Source of the DNA: Octopus sinensis
Lineage: Eukaryota
Length of the DNA: 12,784 bases
Direction of reading: 5' to 3'
Assembly: GCF_006345805.1 (NCBI RefSeq)
Contig: NW_021826515.1
Location: 1-12,784, forward strand
Under the pieces are notes generated by a model. The model was given only the letters and a program-made list of their open reading frames with translations. It had not been told where the DNA came from and searched no databases. Positions within the stretch are counted from its first letter, which is position 1, and each line of letters starts with the position of its first letter. Position numbers and translations under genes: made by a program. This document shows, one piece after another, positions 8,453-12,784 of the stretch.

Positions 8453-8705
8453 ACATATACATGCATATTTATGTGTGTGTATATATACTCTTTTACTTGT
8501 TTCAGTCATTTGACTGCGGCCATGCTGGAGCACCGCCTTTAAAAGAGCAACTCAACCCCGCGACTTATTCTCTTGTAAGCCCAGTACTTATATCTATCGG
8601 TCTCTTTCACGGAACCGCTAAGTAACGGGGACATAAACACACCAGCATCGGTTGTCAAGCAATGCAAGGGGACAACACAGACACACAAAGACACCCAACA
8701 CACAC

Positions 8706-8800
<95 letters not shown>

Positions 8801-9520
8801 CATATATACGACGGGCTTCTTTCAGTTTCCGTCTACCAAATCCACTCACAAGGCATTGGTCGGCCCGAAGCTATAGCAGAAGACACTTGCCCAAGATGCC
8901 ACGCAGTGGGACAGAAGCCGGAACAATGTGGTTGGTTAGCAAGCTACTTACCACACAACCAATCCTGCGCCTATATATATATGTTTTATGATCTAAAATG
9001 CTCCAGCTAGAGTGTGGTTGAACAAATCTTACGAAATTGAACCATATTCATTATTGAATAGAAATCTAATCTTTTTCTTCTCTAAATATTTAACTTCCTA
9101 AGTAAAGCGGCAACGTGACTTAACTATGAAAAGGAGAGGGAGAGACTAAGAGTGAGAGGGCGGGGAGGGAGAGAGAGGCAGACAGACAGGCAGAGGGTGG
9201 GTGCAATAAAGCATAGAGAGATATAAGAACGCAACAACTAAAAAATATCGGACAATGATTTTAACAAATTAAAGAAAAGGCAGACACAGACATACATTTG
9301 GATGAGTGTATATAATACATATATACATGTATATATATATATATGTGTGTGTGTGTGCGTGTGTATACATATATTTACATGTATATCTATATATAGGTGT
9401 ACGTATGTGAGTATATATATGTGTATATATATATGTGTATATATATTTATATATATATATATATACATAGATAGATACGTAGATAGACACACAGACAGAC
9501 AGATAGATTTACATATATAG
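8071..9520 (+). repeat. Tandem array unit 2 (core 8983-9320), carrying a SINE insertion
   Basis: Core and microsatellite landmarks match units 1 and 3. Confidence 0.9.
8487..8972 (-). mobile_element. Full-length octopus tRNA-derived SINE (OK/OR-type) with internal (TA)n(TG)n
   Basis: Minus strand: AGGCGCAGGATTGGTTGTGTGGTAAG (A box), GGCTTCTGTCCC (degenerate B box), core GGCATCTTGGGCAAGTGTCTTCT...GATTTGGTAGACGGAAACTGAAAGAAGCCCGTCG, 3' end GGCGGTGCTCCAGCATGGCCGCAGTCAAATGACTGAAACAAGTAAAAGAGT. Confidence 0.92.
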
Positions 9521-10184
9521 AGAAGGTGGGCCGCTCATATACACAGCAAAGTTAACATGGTCAGCAGAATGTGTTCCTGGATTCTCAGAACTTTCCAGTC
9601 GAGAGATATCCTGATATCCTCACCATTATCCTTCTCTTCTCCACTTTTGCCTGACCCCTCTTTCAATACAGTTGTCCACTGTGGTCTCCCCTCACAGAAC
9701 AAATTCCCATGAAACTTAAAGCACCTCAAAGATTAATTACAAAAATGACAGTCCTTGACCATTGGAGTCGTCGACTAGAAAAGCTAAAGCTTTATTCTCT
9801 TCAATGTCGTCACGCACGCTGTATCATCTGCATGATCTGGAAAATATTCCAGCAGCAGTTCCCGAATGATGCTGGCATCTCCTTTAAGATACACCCAAGA
9901 CTTCTGCCCCATGCGATCCACCAAACACATAAATCCCACTTGCATCTCATAATAACAATTTGGCAAAATTATTTCACATCAAGTGGCCCCACTCTCTTTA
10001 ACATGATATCAAAACACATTAAAGCAGAAACAGACCCCATAAAGTTGAAGAAGTCTCTGGAAAAATTCGTTCAAAAAATCCCGAATGAACTTCGTTCACT
10101 AAGATATGTCTCTATAAACTATAACTCTCTACTTGGCTGGGACATGGTGTCCGAATTCTGATTTGACAAACATCGCCAGGTGTA
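9521..10184 (+). mobile_element. 5'-truncated CR1-clade LINE (ORF2 C-terminus and 3' end), decayed
   Basis: WAAHIHSKVNMVSRMCSWILRTFQSR, frameshift, QYSCPLWSP...KLKAPQRLITK...LEKLKLYSLQCR... These are CR1 C-terminal motifs with a stop and a frameshift. Confidence 0.88.
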
Positions 10185-10315
10185 TATATATATATATATA
10201 TAAACACATATATATATATATATACATATACATACATCTGCTGCATATACATATACCTATAGACTTATGTATATATACATGCATAGAATCTATATATACC
10301 TATATATCTATCTAT

Positions 10316-10373
<58 letters not shown>

Positions 10374-11035
10374 TATATTATTATATTATAATAAATAATA
10401 GATAGATAGATAGAATATATATATATATATATATACATATACGTACGTAATATATATATATATATACACACAATATATATGAAATAATTATATATACACA
10501 CACACACACATATATATATACGCACAAATATGTGTGCATGTATATATATATATATATATACATATACATGCATATTTATGTGTGTGTGTATATATATATG
10601 TATATATATGTTTTATGATCTAAAATGCTCCAGCTAGGGCGTAGTTGAACAAATCTTACGAATATGAACCATATTCATTATTGAATAGAAATCTAATCTG
10701 TTTCTCCTCTAAATATTTAACTTCCTAAGTAAAGCGGCAACGTGACTTAACTATGAAAATGAGAGGGAGAGACTAAGAGTGAGAGAGTGGGAAGGGAGAG
10801 AGAGGCAGACAGACAGGCAGAGGGTGGGTGCAATAAAGCATAGAGAGATATAACAAAGCAACAACTAAAAAATATCGGACAATGATTTTTAACAAATTAA
10901 AGAAAAGGCAGACACAGACATACATTGGATGAGTGTATATAATACTTATATATATGTATATTTATGTATATATATATATATAGATATGTGTGTGTCTGTG
11001 TGTGGTGTATACATATATTTACATGTATATATATG
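10185..11035 (+). repeat. Tandem array unit 3 (core 10610-10945), right microsatellite truncated
   Basis: Core matches units 1 and 2. Confidence 0.9.
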
Positions 11036-11182
11036 GACCATAAAGTTCAAGAAGTCTCTGGAAAATTCCTTCAAAAATCCCGAATAACTTCGTTTACCAA
11101 GATATGTCTTTGTAAACTATAACTCTCTACTTGGGTGGGACATGGTGTCCGAATACTGATTTGAATAACATCGCCAGGTGTA
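11036..11182 (+). mobile_element. CR1-type LINE 3' end fragment (~145 bp), probable head of a fourth array unit
   Basis: Homologous to ~10032-10184, ending at the same ccaggtgta. Confidence 0.85.
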
Positions 11183-12784
11183 TCATCATCATCATCGTTT
11201 AACGTCCGTTCTCCATGCTAGCATGGGTTGGACGGTTCGACCGGGGATCATGAGCTTACGCATGTCCTCAGCAGTCACGGCCCATGTTTCACTGCCATGT
11301 AGCATGGCTGTTCGTACACATGCATCATACAGTCTGCCTTTTACTCTGAGCGAGTGGCCTTTAGTCACCAACAGAGGTAAGAGCTCCCTAAACTTTGCCC
11401 AGGCTATTCTTAACTCTAGCAGTTACACTTTCAACGCACCCACCCCCACTACTGACTTGGTCACCTAGGTAACGGAAGCTATCAACTACTTCTAGTTTTT
11501 CCCCCTGGAAAGTGACGGAAGTTGTTTTCTGCAGATTTTCAGAGGTTAATGCTCCCGAGCATCTGCCACATACAAAAACTATCTTCCCAGTTAGCCTTCC
11601 TTTGACATTGCTGCACCTCTTATGTGTCCATAGCTTACACTGGGTACATCATCTTATAGAGTTTCTACATACACCTTTTCTACAGATCGAGCAGGCCATC
11701 TTCCTAAAGACATTTGTGGATTGTCTACCTTCCTACTTATTAGTACTTTGGTTTTAGCTAGGTTGACTCTAAGGCCCCTCGATTCTAAACCCTCCTTCCA
11801 CACCTGGAACTTCTCTCCTCGTTCTGATAGTGACCCAGCAATGAGCAAGGTCGTAGCATATAGGAGCTCCCAGGGGCAACCTGTCTTGAATTCCTCGTGA
11901 TTGCCTGGAGGACTATGATAAATAGGAGGGGGCTGAGTACTGAACCCTGTTGGACCCCAACCTCTACTTTGAATTCTTCTGTGTACATGTTGCCAACCCT
12001 AACCTTACTTACGGCATCCCTGTACATGGCTTGCACAGCCCTCACCAGCCATTCATCTATCCCTAGTTTCCTCATTGACCACTAGATAAGGGATCGGGGG
12101 AACCTGTCAAAGGCTTTCTCCATGTCAACGAAAGCCAGGTACAGGGGCTTATCTTTGGCTAGGTATTTCTCCTGCAGCTGTCTTACCAGGAATATGGCAT
12201 CAGTGGCACAAACCCAAAACTGCATCTCATCTAAACTAAACTCTCTCTAATTAGTTGGGCTATAACCCTCTCCGTAACCCTTCATTACCTGATCCAACAG
12301 CTTGATACCTCTGTAATTGTATCTAGGGCGTCACCTTTACCTTTGTAGCAGTTGCTATGATGCTGCTACACCAGTCATTGGGTATGACTCCTTCGTGATC
12401 ATCACCTGATAACTATAATGGTGGGTGACCAGGTTATAGCCGACACTGCCAATATTTTGAGCATCTCTGCAGTAATTCCTGATGGACCTGGGGCTTTCCT
12501 TGTCTTCATGCTTCTAATTGCCTTATCTACCAAAGAACTGTCAACTTGGATAGCTGGTCCCTCTACTGGGTCGACATTCGGCAGACTCTCTTTCTTCCAT
12601 TCATTTTCTTTATTCAGCAACCTTTCATAGTGGCGTCTCCAAACCTCTCTCTTTGCATCCTCATTTAGCGCAAGTGAACCATCATCCATGCGGACACATT
12701 TCTCTCCCACCACATCACGATTATCTCTCACACACTGTCTTGCAACACGAAATACCTCAACTCCTTCATCCTCACGGCTCAGGA
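11182..12784 (-). mobile_element. RTE-clade LINE, decayed ORF2 (RT domain and C-terminal region) with 3' terminus and (GAT)n tail; runs off the window
   Basis: Motifs KAPGPSGITAEMLK, NYRGIKLL, DAIFLVRQLQEKY, AFVDMEKAFDR, GVQQGSVLSPLLF, LLYA(D)DL with a 1-bp deletion near 11854, FRYLGD, HGSETW. Ends CCAACCCATGCTAGCATGGAGAACGGACGTTAAAC(GAT)5. Multiple frameshifts and stops. Confidence 0.95.
11559..11693 (-). other. PHD-type C4HC3 zinc finger within RTE ORF2 (inactivated by an in-frame TGA)
   Basis: CSICRKGVCRNSIR*CTQCKLWTHKRCSNVKGRLTGKIVFVCGRC fits CxxC...CxxC-x4-H-x2-C...CxxC. Confidence 0.8.

Noticed and set aside
6145-10573. Numerous YI/IY-rich ORFs
   Set aside because: Translations of TA-rich microsatellites; not genes.
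7096-10945. Regularly recurring cores as a CRISPR-like or prokaryotic array
   Set aside because: Units are 1-1.9 kb with 340-bp cores in a eukaryotic microsatellite context; this is a tandem duplication.

Overview
Eukaryotic, repeat-saturated non-coding DNA with no recognisable host gene. The SINE, LINE and microsatellite content looks like a cephalopod (Octopus-type) genome; this is an inference from recalled repeat families, not a database match. From left to right: (1) 1-2382, minus strand: a young, small non-autonomous Ty3/Gypsy-type LTR element. It has two LTRs identical at 256/257 comparable bases, TG...CA ends, a perfect tRNA-Trp primer-binding site, a polypurine tract and a ~1.54 kb internal region retaining only a frameshifted pol remnant. 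(2) An interspersed repeat plus very long (TAT)n, (CATA)n and CT tracts. (3) 4313-5896: a patchwork of tRNA-derived SINE pieces spliced with short internal fragments of other retroelements (R4/Dong-type RT, RTE RT, a 253-bp copy of the LTR element's leader, a CR1 3' end). (4) ~5800-11180: a degenerate tandem array built from a CR1 3' end, TA-rich microsatellite and a ~340-bp unique core (three cores, three CR1 ends), with later SINE and CR1 insertions. (5) 11182-12784, minus strand: a decayed RTE-clade LINE ORF2 with an embedded PHD-type finger and a (GAT)n tail. Most ORFs in the supplied track are microsatellite translations and are not genes.
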